A program made the position numbers and the translations under genes. Positions 26,991-35,616 of a stretch of 64,000 nucleotides of DNA are shown piece after piece. The stretch's first letter is position 1; every line of letters begins with the position of its first letter. A model generated the notes under the pieces. That model saw only the letters and a list, made by a program, of their open reading frames with translations, searched no databases and was not told the origin of the DNA. This stretch comes from an uncultured Acidobacteriota bacterium (GTDB taxonomy: Bacteria > Acidobacteriota > Thermoanaerobaculia > Multivoradales > JAHEKO01), in contig CAVQNG010000014.1 in NCBI GenBank assembly GCA_963713825.1, forward strand, positions 96,001 to 160,000, in the 5' to 3' direction.

Positions 26991-29969
26991 ATGGTGCTGT
27001 CGATGACAGAGGTGATCGAGGGGCTCCGATCCGATCGGCGCCTGGCGCCTCAGTGGGTGGAGACCCTCTATCTGGAGGCTGCGGAGCCGCGGTACGGAGC
27101 CTTGAGTCCCCCTCTCCCGGATCCCATCGCTCGGGCCCTGGCAGGCCAGGGAATTGAGCAATTGTGGACCCATCAGGTGGAAGGTCTCGAAGCGGTGAGG
27201 GGCGGCGAGAACGTGCTGATCACGACGCCGACTGCTTCAGGGAAGTCGATGGTGTTTCACCTACCGGTGCTCGAGGAAGCAGCCAGGGGAGGACCGGGGC
27301 GGGCCCTGTTTCTCTATCCACTCAAGGCACTGGGGCAGGACCAGAAGGGGAAGTTCAATGACCTGGCGGCTGCCAGCGGGCTCGACAGTGTCGCCAGGTG
27401 CGAGATCTATGACGGCGACACTCCAAGAAGCCAGCGACAGAAGATCAAGCAGGACTTCCCCCGCGTTCTCATATCGAACCCCGACATGCTGCACCTGGGA
27501 ATCCTGAGTTACTGGCAGCAGTGGGAGGGGTTTCTGAAAGACCTTCGATGGGTCGTCATCGATGAGTTGCACACCTATCGGGGAATCTTCGGCAGTCACT
27601 TTCACCATGTCATCCAGAGATTGCGCCGGATCTGTCGGTCACTGGGGGCCGAGCCGATCTTCGTGTCCTCCTCGGCCACGGCCGCCAATGCCGACGAATT
27701 TGGACGGGACCTTGCGGATCTGGAGTTTCGATGGCTCTCGGAGTCGGGTGCACCTCGCGAAGGGCGGCACTTCCTCCTGTTGCAGCCAGAGTCGAGCCCC
27801 TACACAACGACGCTGCAGCTATTTGCGGCCCTGCAACGGGCCGGTCTCAAGACCATCGTTTTCACCAAGGCGCGACGGATTACCGAGCTGCTGTATTCGT
27901 GGCTGCGCCGGCAGGAGCCGGAGCTGGCCCAGCGAGTGGCGAGCTATCGATCTGGTTTCCTCGCCGAGGAGCGGCGGCAAATCGAAGCCGACCTCTTCGA
28001 AGGCCGCCTCGACGGCGTGATCTCGACCTCGGCTCTGGAAATGGGCATCGATGTGGGTGGGCTCGATGCCTGCATCCTGGTCGGCTACCCAGGCAGCGTC
28101 ATGGCTACGTGGCAACGCTCGGGGAGGGTCGGCCGTGCGGGCCGAGAGTCCATTACGGCCCTGGTTGCCATGCCGGACGCTCTGGATCAGTACTTCGTCG
28201 AGAATCCGCAGGAGCTCGTCGGTCGGCCCTGCGAACGGTTGATCGTGGATCCCGATAACGAGCTCGTCGGCCGCGGACACCTGGTCTGCGCTGCTGCGGA
28301 GATGCCGTTGAGTCGGAAGAACGACGCCGCCTACCTCGAACGCCGCGCGCCTCTCGTGGGCGAGCTCCTGGCCGCCCGCGATCTGATCGAGGCCGCTGAC
28401 GGTAGTGAGCTCTACACGCGTCGCCGCAGGCCTCAACGGCAGGTCAGCTTGAGGGGGGTGGATCGAGGCTCGGCAATCCTGGACATGAAGACCGAGAAGG
28501 TGATCGGTACCGTGGATGGAATTCGGGCCCTGCGCGAGTGCCATCCCGGGGCGATCTACCTGCATGCGGGACGGCAGTACCTGGTGAGGAAGCTGGACCT
28601 CGAGGCAGGCAGGGTACATGCGGAGCCCACGAGGGTCGACTACTTCACGGTTCCGCTGACGGAGAAGGATACTCGCATCCTGGAGATTCTGGACTCCAGC
28701 CACGACGGCGGATTGCAGGTTTGGCTGGGGCGTCTGAGGGTGACAGAGAGGATTGTCGGATACGAACGCAAGCGGATTCAGAGCCGTGAGGTCCTCGACC
28801 GGCACGAATTGGACCTGCCTCCGGTGCAGTTCGAGACGGTTGGCTTTTGGTGGGCGGTACCCAGGGCTTTGGAGGCGGAGCTCAAAGAGGCCGGACGGCA
28901 CTTCATGGGCGCCTTGCACGCTGCTGAGCATGCCGCGATCTCGCTGATGCCATTGACCGTCGTTTGTGATCGTGGAGACATCGGCGGAATCTCGATCCCT
29001 CTGCACAACCAAGTGAGAGCCGGCTCGGTCTTCATCTACGATGGCCACGCTGGTGGAGTGGGGATCTCGGCCCGGGCCTTCGAGGAGATTCGATTGCTGC
29101 TCAGTCGGGTAGTGGGTCTCCTGGAGGGATGCGATTGCAGGGAGGGATGCCCGTCGTGCGTTCAGTCGCCGAAGTGCGGCAACGGCAATCGACCTCTCGA
29201 CAAGGTGGGTGCCCTGACCATGCTGACGCGGCTCCTGGAGACGAAGCATGGAGAAGCGGTAGGGCAAGCTGTGGAGATCGATTTGCAGCCGGATCCCCAG
29301 CCAGACAGGGAAGAGGAGACCACCAAAAGAGGTGGCGAGGCTGTCGAGTCTACGGCCTTGCCGGCCGCAGCTCCCGAGACGCTGCCCAAGGTGAAGGCAA
29401 GTCGGAGGGCACGCCAACCTCGAACTGGGGCAGGAGGCGGGACGGTTCTATTCGACTTGGAGACGCAACTGTCGGCGGCTGATGTCGGCGGTTGGCAGAA
29501 CGCCCACAAGATGTTGGTTTCAATCGGGGTGGTCTGCCATCTGGAAGAGGGCCGGATGGAGAGCTACGGAGAGGCCGAGATCGGTTCCCTCATCGAGTGT
29601 TTGCAGGGTGCGGACCTGGTGGTTGGCTTCAACATCGCGCGATTCGACTACAAGGTATTGTCCGGCTACACCGGTGTCGACTATCGGCGCACGCTGCCGA
29701 CTCTCGATCTGCTCCAGGAGATTCACAAGAAGCTGGGGTTTCGGCTCAGCCTGGATCACCTGGCCAACGCAACGCTGGGAGTGAGCAAGTCCGCAGACGG
29801 GCTGCAGAGCCTGGAGTGGGTCAAGCAGGGCCGACTCGACCTGGTCGAGGAGTACTGCCGGCACGACGTGGAGATCTTGCGAAACCTCTACCTGTACGGT
29901 CGTCGTATGGGCCACGTGTTGTACGTCGACCGCGACGATCGCAAGGTCAAACTACCGATGGACTGGTAG
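26991..29969 (+). CDS. MrfA/YprA-family helicase with DUF1998 and a C-terminal YprB-like exonuclease domain
   Basis: TPTASGKS, DELH, QRSGRVGR, CDCREGCPSC, then FDLETQ..GFNIARFD..YCRHDV. Confidence 0.9.
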   Translation: MVLSMTEVIEGLRSDRRLAPQWVETLYLEAAEPRYGALSPPLPDPIARALAGQGIEQLWTHQVEGLEAVRGGENVLITTPTASGKSMVFHLPVLEEAARGGPGRALFLYPLKALGQDQKGKFNDLAAASGLDSVARCEIYDGDTPRSQRQKIKQDFPRVLISNPDMLHLGILSYWQQWEGFLKDLRWVVIDELHTYRGIFGSHFHHVIQRLRRICRSLGAEPIFVSSSATAANADEFGRDLADLEFRWLSESGAPREGRHFLLLQPESSPYTTTLQLFAALQRAGLKTIVFTKARRITELLYSWLRRQEPELAQRVASYRSGFLAEERRQIEADLFEGRLDGVISTSALEMGIDVGGLDACILVGYPGSVMATWQRSGRVGRAGRESITALVAMPDALDQYFVENPQELVGRPCERLIVDPDNELVGRGHLVCAAAEMPLSRKNDAAYLERRAPLVGELLAARDLIEAADGSELYTRRRRPQRQVSLRGVDRGSAILDMKTEKVIGTVDGIRALRECHPGAIYLHAGRQYLVRKLDLEAGRVHAEPTRVDYFTVPLTEKDTRILEILDSSHDGGLQVWLGRLRVTERIVGYERKRIQSREVLDRHELDLPPVQFETVGFWWAVPRALEAELKEAGRHFMGALHAAEHAAISLMPLTVVCDRGDIGGISIPLHNQVRAGSVFIYDGHAGGVGISARAFEEIRLLLSRVVGLLEGCDCREGCPSCVQSPKCGNGNRPLDKVGALTMLTRLLETKHGEAVGQAVEIDLQPDPQPDREEETTKRGGEAVESTALPAAAPETLPKVKASRRARQPRTGAGGGTVLFDLETQLSAADVGGWQNAHKMLVSIGVVCHLEEGRMESYGEAEIGSLIECLQGADLVVGFNIARFDYKVLSGYTGVDYRRTLPTLDLLQEIHKKLGFRLSLDHLANATLGVSKSADGLQSLEWVKQGRLDLVEEYCRHDVEILRNLYLYGRRMGHVLYVDRDDRKVKLPMDW

Positions 29970-29977
29970 GTACCAGT

Positions 29978-31207
29978 TCAGGTGGTCGCCTGCAGCTCTC
30001 GATCGCCGGTCAGAACTCCGATCACCTTCTCGATCGCCCAGTCCAACTCTTCACGGTTGATCACCAGCGGCGGCGCGATCCGAATGACGTGCTCGTGCGT
30101 TTCCTTGCAGAGCATGCCGGCTTGCTGCAGTGCCTCGCAGAAGCGCCGGGCACCACCGGCCTCGGGGTGGAGCTCGATGCCGATCCACAGGCCCCTACCT
30201 CGGATCTCCTTGATGAGCTCCGACTCGACGGCCGTCAGTCGCTCCAGCAGGTACTGGCCCTGGGTAGCCGAGTTCTCGACCAGGCCCTCGTCGACCAGAA
30301 CATCGAGCGCCGCTCGTCCGACCGCGGCTGCCACAGGGTTGCCGCCGTAGGTGGAGCCGTGATCGCCGGGCTGAAAGACATCCATGACCTCGTCGTCGGC
30401 CAGCATCACCGAAACCGGGTAGAGACCGCCCGAGAGGGCCTTGCCCAGGATCAGGACGTCGGGCCTGATGTTCTCGTATTCGTAGGCGAACATCTTGCCA
30501 GTGCGGCCGAGGCCTGACTGGATTTCGTCCGCCATCAGCAGAGCCCGGTGCTCCTTGCACAGGCTGGCGATTTCGGCAAGGTAACCATCAGGTGGAATGA
30601 TGATGCCGCCCTCACCCTGGATGGGCTCGATCAGGATCGCCGCCACGTTCGGGTTCATGGCGTCTCTGACGGCTTCGATCTCGCCATACGGCAGCAAGGT
30701 GAAACCAGCCGCGAAGGGGCCGAAGCCGGAGCGGTACTGCTCTTCGGAGGAGAAGCCGACGATGGTTGTCGTCCGGCCGTGGAAGTTCTGGCTGAAGACC
30801 AGGATCTCTGCCTGGTTGTAGGGCACACCCTTGACGGTGTAAGCCCACTTCCGCGCCGCCTTGATCGCCGTTTCAACGGCTTCGGCACCGGTGTTCATCG
30901 GCAAGGTCCTGGAGAATCCGGTGAGCTCGCTCAATTGCTGGTAGAAGAGGCCCAGCTGATCGTTGCGAAAGGCCCGTGAGGTCAAAGCCATCTTCGAGCT
31001 CTGATCGATCAATGCCTGGACGATTCTGGGATGGCAGTGGCCCTGATTGACTGCCGAGTAAGCGGCCAGGCAATCCATGTACTTGCGGCCCTCGACGTCC
31101 CAGACCCAGACTCCCTCGCCTTTGGTGATGACGACGTCGAGTGGATGGTAGTTGTGCGCTCCGTAGCGATCTTCGAGCTCAACGTATTCGGCGGTAGTTG
31201 TCGGCAT
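29978..31207 (-). CDS. rocD: Ornithine aminotransferase
   Basis: GAHNYHPL, YSAVNQGHCHP, FHGRT, EPIQGEGG, DEIQSGLGRTG, ILGKALSGG. Confidence 0.95.
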   Translation of the reverse strand: MPTTTAEYVELEDRYGAHNYHPLDVVITKGEGVWVWDVEGRKYMDCLAAYSAVNQGHCHPRIVQALIDQSSKMALTSRAFRNDQLGLFYQQLSELTGFSRTLPMNTGAEAVETAIKAARKWAYTVKGVPYNQAEILVFSQNFHGRTTTIVGFSSEEQYRSGFGPFAAGFTLLPYGEIEAVRDAMNPNVAAILIEPIQGEGGIIIPPDGYLAEIASLCKEHRALLMADEIQSGLGRTGKMFAYEYENIRPDVLILGKALSGGLYPVSVMLADDEVMDVFQPGDHGSTYGGNPVAAAVGRAALDVLVDEGLVENSATQGQYLLERLTAVESELIKEIRGRGLWIGIELHPEAGGARRFCEALQQAGMLCKETHEHVIRIAPPLVINREELDWAIEKVIGVLTGDRELQATT

Positions 31208-31434
31208 GGATCTGTCCTCGTGCCCAGTGGGTCGATCGGTTGATTTTCGGGTGTCCCGGGAACCGCTGTTCGAGGCCCCCAGAGTCGTCAAGTTGTACCA
31301 CAAAAAGGGGCTTTGAGCGAGTCTCCTCTAGCCTCACCTGGCAGGTTGGCACTGGACTGAAGGGCTCGGTGAGGCTAGGGTCTGAGCGCCGAAGGCGAAA
31401 CAACTGGGCTGCCTGGCAACAGCGCTCCTGGGTC

Positions 31435-32328
31435 ATGCCAAAATCCGCCTCCATCGGCCGTCTCGAAGTCTTGATCACGGCCCTGCTCTTTTCGACGGGG
31501 GGCGCCGTCATCAAGGCGATATCGATGACGGGCTGGCAAGTGGCAGCGTTTCGGTCGGCAATTGCAGCGGCATTCCTCCTCTTGATGCTGCCATCGGCTC
31601 GTAGGGGCTGGACCTGGAAGACCCTGGCTGTCGGTGCTGCATATTCCGGGGCCCTGATCTCCTATGTACTGGCGAACAAGCTCACGACTGCAGCGAGCAC
31701 GATCTTCCTCTACTCGACGGCACCTCTTTACATCTTGATTCTGGGACCGCTCGTTTTGCGGGAGCCTGTTCGGAGGCGTGATCTCCTGGTCATGGCGGCC
31801 TTGGCGGCGGGGATGAGTCTCTTCTTTTTGGACGTCGATCCTGTTACCGCAAGCGCCCCTCGACCAATGGTGGGCAATCTTCTGGCAGCGCTGGGCGGGT
31901 TCTTCTGGGCTTTGGTTGTTGTGGGACTGCGATGGCTGGGCCGTGATCAAAATGCGGCTCGAAGCGGCTCGGTGGCGGCTGTAGTGGCAGGAAATCTCAT
32001 CGCCGCGGTCGTCTGCTTGCCGATGGCGTTCCCAGTGGCCGCCAGCACTTCCACCAACTGGCTGCTGATCAGCTACCTCGGAGTCGTTCAGGTCGGTCTG
32101 GCCTACGTGATTTTCACTCGTGCCTTGGGGAGACTCCCCGCCCTGGAGGTCTCGCTGCTGCTGTTGATCGAGCCTGTGCTCAATCCGCTGTGGGCCTGGT
32201 TGCTTCACGGCGAAACCCCAGGACTCGGTGCGCGCCTGGGGGGACTGTTGATTCTGCTGGCTACGGCAGCGGCGAGCCTGCTGGGAGCTCGTCAGTCTGG
32301 AGTGTCATCTTCGACGACCGGGCAGTGA
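31435..32328 (+). CDS. DMT/EamA family transporter
   Basis: About 10 TM helices in two repeats; LIEPVLNPLWAWLLHGETP. Confidence 0.88.
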   Translation: MPKSASIGRLEVLITALLFSTGGAVIKAISMTGWQVAAFRSAIAAAFLLLMLPSARRGWTWKTLAVGAAYSGALISYVLANKLTTAASTIFLYSTAPLYILILGPLVLREPVRRRDLLVMAALAAGMSLFFLDVDPVTASAPRPMVGNLLAALGGFFWALVVVGLRWLGRDQNAARSGSVAAVVAGNLIAAVVCLPMAFPVAASTSTNWLLISYLGVVQVGLAYVIFTRALGRLPALEVSLLLLIEPVLNPLWAWLLHGETPGLGARLGGLLILLATAAASLLGARQSGVSSSTTGQ

Positions 32329-32996
32329 CGATCTCTTCTTGCAGAGAGATCCTGCTTGACGTGATGTTTGAATTCCTGCGGGTCGGCATTACATTCGAAG
32401 CTCGCCCTATAGGTGGGGATGTCCACTTCTTCGAGATTCATCCGTAGGGTCTGGAATGGGCGGGGCAAGTGCTGACCCGGCACTTGGACGTGATGCAGTC
32501 CACCGCTGTAGGCGATGAGCATCTTGCCTTCGGGAATCGCAGCGAGGATGTCAGCGATACCTCCCCTGACGGTCATCGGATTGCCGTGCCGGTCGAGACC
32601 GTCGGCTCGTTTCATTCGACCCTCGGGAAGAATGATGATCATGACGTCTTCAGTGACCCTGTCCAGAACCGCCTTCCAGGTGTGATCCGCCTGACGGGTG
32701 ATAGGCAACATGTGCGGGGCCAACAGCCTGAAGAACCGACCTACCAATGGTCGATTGATGGTCTTCTCGGCGATTGGCACCATGGCATGCCCCGAGATTC
32801 TCCACAGGAAGCTGAGTGGGACCCCGCCTGCATACAACCATTCGAAAAGGCTTGTGTGATTGAGCATCGTGAGCACCTTGTAGGGCCCCCATGGGTGCTC
32901 GGGAACGGGCTCGATCCAGCGAAAATCGAAGCGGTAGAAGATCCGGGTACCGACCCAGATCAGGAAGAGGACAAAGAAATTGAAGATCCTTCGCAC
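32292..32996 (-). CDS. PlsC-like acyltransferase
   Basis: NHTSLFE (variant of HxxxxD) and ILPEGR. Confidence 0.75.
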   Translation of the reverse strand: MRRIFNFFVLFLIWVGTRIFYRFDFRWIEPVPEHPWGPYKVLTMLNHTSLFEWLYAGGVPLSFLWRISGHAMVPIAEKTINRPLVGRFFRLLAPHMLPITRQADHTWKAVLDRVTEDVMIIILPEGRMKRADGLDRHGNPMTVRGGIADILAAIPEGKMLIAYSGGLHHVQVPGQHLPRPFQTLRMNLEEVDIPTYRASFECNADPQEFKHHVKQDLSARRDRHCPVVEDDTPD

Positions 32997-33146
32997 GTCG
33001 GAAAGAGTTCTAGTGGTCAGTCCATTGGAGTTGGTGCGGTTGACAGAGCACTCCCGAAGCCGGTTGTCGAATCTCGGAAGTTTCTCACATCTTGGGTATA
33101 GCTCCTGAATGGAGCCGTGCCATCGTGCGGTAGGATACCGCCTGCC

Positions 33147-33935
33147 ATGATCAAGATCGATCTTTCAGGAAAACGCTACCTGGTGATGGGTGTCGCCAAC
33201 AAACGCAGCCTCGGCTGGGCGATCGCCGACCAACTTCGAGAGGCCGGCGCAGAGCTGGCATTCACCTATCAGGCCGAACGGCTGCGCGGTGAGCTCGAGA
33301 AGCTGACCGCCGACATGCCTGGGACGCTGCTGTATCAGTGCGATGTGACCGACGAGGCGGAGCTCGACGCGGCCTTCTCGTCGCTCGAGGGGAGCTGGGG
33401 AGGCCTGGACGGCATCGTCCATGCGATCGCCTTCGCGCCGCGAGCCGCCATGGAGGGGCGATACATCGACACCTCTCGGGACGACTGGTTGATGGCACTG
33501 GAGATCTCTGCGTTTTCGCTGGTCTCAGTGGCCAGGAAGGCGGAGCCTCTACTGGGGGAGGGAGCCGGAATCGTCACGTTGAGTTACTACGCAGCCGAAA
33601 AAGTGGTCCCCAAGTACAACGTGATGGCGATCGCCAAGAGTGCCCTGGAGGCCAGTGTCCGCTACCTGGCTTACGAGCTGGGGCCCAAAGGCGTGCGTGT
33701 CAACGCAGTCTCGGCGGGACCGGTCCGAACCGTGGCGGCGCGTAGCATCCCGGGCTTCGTGAAGCTCTTCAACCGCTTCGCCGAAGTGGCGCCGCTAGGT
33801 CGCAATATCACTCACGAGGAAGTGGGGCAGCTCGGTCTCTTCTTGCTGTCGCCGATGTCGTCCGGCATTACTGGAGAGGTCGTTTACGTCGACGCTGGTT
33901 TCCACACCATGGGGATGGAAATCCCCAGCGAGTAG
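33147..33935 (+). CDS. fabI: Enoyl-ACP reductase
   Basis: GVANKRSLGWAIA, HAIAFA, YNVMAIAK, SAGPVRT. Confidence 0.95.
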   Translation: MIKIDLSGKRYLVMGVANKRSLGWAIADQLREAGAELAFTYQAERLRGELEKLTADMPGTLLYQCDVTDEAELDAAFSSLEGSWGGLDGIVHAIAFAPRAAMEGRYIDTSRDDWLMALEISAFSLVSVARKAEPLLGEGAGIVTLSYYAAEKVVPKYNVMAIAKSALEASVRYLAYELGPKGVRVNAVSAGPVRTVAARSIPGFVKLFNRFAEVAPLGRNITHEEVGQLGLFLLSPMSSGITGEVVYVDAGFHTMGMEIPSE

Positions 33936-33947
33936 CCGGAACCGAAG

Positions 33948-35042
33948 CTACTCTTTTCGACGCAGCGCTTCGTAGTGCTCGATGCGTTTGGAGAGCAGGT
34001 TCTTCTCCATCGCCAGACCGGCCTGGAGGATGAGAAGCTCCAGTTCCTCCAGCCAACCGCTACTGGCACCCTCTGCAAGCTGGTCCCCGTACAAGACGAG
34101 CAAGACCTGATCGTTGACGGTCAGCGGTACCGCAAGGGACTCGCCGTCCGCTGACCCTCCGAGCGCAGCCAGAATGCTGTGGTTCCATTCGGTGTCGGAG
34201 AGAATCTCGAGGACGGCCTCTTTGCGTTCCGCCGCCTCGCTCAAAATCGAGGCCTGATCTAGCGGAATCATCAACTGGCGCAGACGTGTTTCGGCCTGCT
34301 CGTCACTCGAGTCCATACCGAATTGGCCCATGACCCCAAAGCCGTCCAGACGCACGACGAAGAAGATGCCGCGGCCAAAAAGGTCCTGGGCGAAGCTGAG
34401 GATCTTCTGAGTTATCTCGCCAGTGAACTCGGGTGAACGGATCTCTCCCATGATGGACTTCAGGGAAGTGAGATCGCGATTCGAAGGCTCGGCCCCGATG
34501 GAAGCGAGCTCGATTTCGCCCGTTTCCGCGAGATCTGCTTCCTCCAAACGTGCTGCGAGCTCCGACAAGACTGCGTCGGTTTCGAGGCCTTCCCTGATTA
34601 GAAAATCAGCGGCATCGACTTCGATCTCACCGTAGTCGGAGAGCTTGACCGGGTCGAACTTGAAGAAGCCGCTCTTCCAGGTCATGAACTCGAGAATGAC
34701 CTTCTCGGTCTGCTGGTGGACGATGCGCTCCAGGGTCGCTTCATCGACAGCGTCCATTTCTCGCAGGATACTGCCGAGGCGCTGTTCGTGATCAGCGAGG
34801 TGCTGGAGCTCCAGGGCCGAGGTGAGTTGAGTCTCGTCGATGATGCGTTGGAGCAGCAGGAGGTTGCCTAGCGTCTGCCGTGCCGAACTGGAGGCTGCGT
34901 AGACGATCATTCCCTCGCGGAAGACGATGATCCCTTCGCGATCTCGCCGCGTCAGCTTCAATTTGCCGGTTTTCTTGGCGTCGGCAATGGCATGCAGAAG
35001 CTCGGGTAGCTCGACTTCATCCAGCTTTCCGACAAGGCTCAT
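33948..35042 (-). CDS. DUF4388 domain protein with C-terminal GAF-like region
   Basis: LVGKL..LPELL..KTGKLKL, TLGNLL, RLGSIL, WKSGFFKF; AVPLTV..LLVLYGD. Confidence 0.8.
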   Translation of the reverse strand: MSLVGKLDEVELPELLHAIADAKKTGKLKLTRRDREGIIVFREGMIVYAASSSARQTLGNLLLLQRIIDETQLTSALELQHLADHEQRLGSILREMDAVDEATLERIVHQQTEKVILEFMTWKSGFFKFDPVKLSDYGEIEVDAADFLIREGLETDAVLSELAARLEEADLAETGEIELASIGAEPSNRDLTSLKSIMGEIRSPEFTGEITQKILSFAQDLFGRGIFFVVRLDGFGVMGQFGMDSSDEQAETRLRQLMIPLDQASILSEAAERKEAVLEILSDTEWNHSILAALGGSADGESLAVPLTVNDQVLLVLYGDQLAEGASSGWLEELELLILQAGLAMEKNLLSKRIEHYEALRRKE

Positions 35043-35208
35043 GGTGTCTTCGACTCTCGAGGGTGCGTTGGAGCGGGGCAACGCCCGATTCCGGCTCCAG
35101 ATCGCCGGCAGCATACCATCGGAGATCGTAGACTTCCGTGAATTGGTTCACTGGTAGAGGTCACGAGCCCTTTGAGCCTGGGACTGTGCTGATCAGCACT
35201 ATCTGCGG

Positions 35209-35371
35209 GAGGTACGTCCGGGTGGTCCGCCGGGGGACGGCGTCGGCTACTCAGACTGCGACGGTGGGCCGCCACCTCGTCTCGTCATCGCGCCCCATCT
35301 GCTGTGCTCTATGAAAGACCTTGCGCCGCGCTCGACTCGGCGCCCCCTGTCGAACCACCCGGACGGCCCTC
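35209..35371. ncRNA. Candidate structured RNA or long inverted-repeat element
   Basis: GAGGTACGTCCGGGTGGTCCGCCGGGGG pairs with CCCCCTGTCGAACCACCCGGACGGCCCTC, in an intergenic gap. Confidence 0.35.
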
Positions 35372-35616
35372 TGGCACCGGTGAGGGTGGTAGGGGCTTAG
35401 GGGCTTGAGGGCGTAGGGGTGAGTCAGCAATCCGATTCTTGCTGTGTCTCGAAGGTGGTAGATCGGGCCATGGGTCTCCCTCGTCGGAGGGGCATGGTCG
35501 GGTGAGGCCGCAGACGGGGGAGATCCCTGGTTCGATCGGCCGTCTCGACCCCCAAGCCCTCAGAGTACTCCCGGCGGAGAGCCGGGCGCCTCAACCCAGG
35601 GCGGGTGGTTGGGGTT

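Noticed and set aside
27819-29417. 532-aa minus-strand ORF
   Set aside because: Antisense shadow of the helicase.
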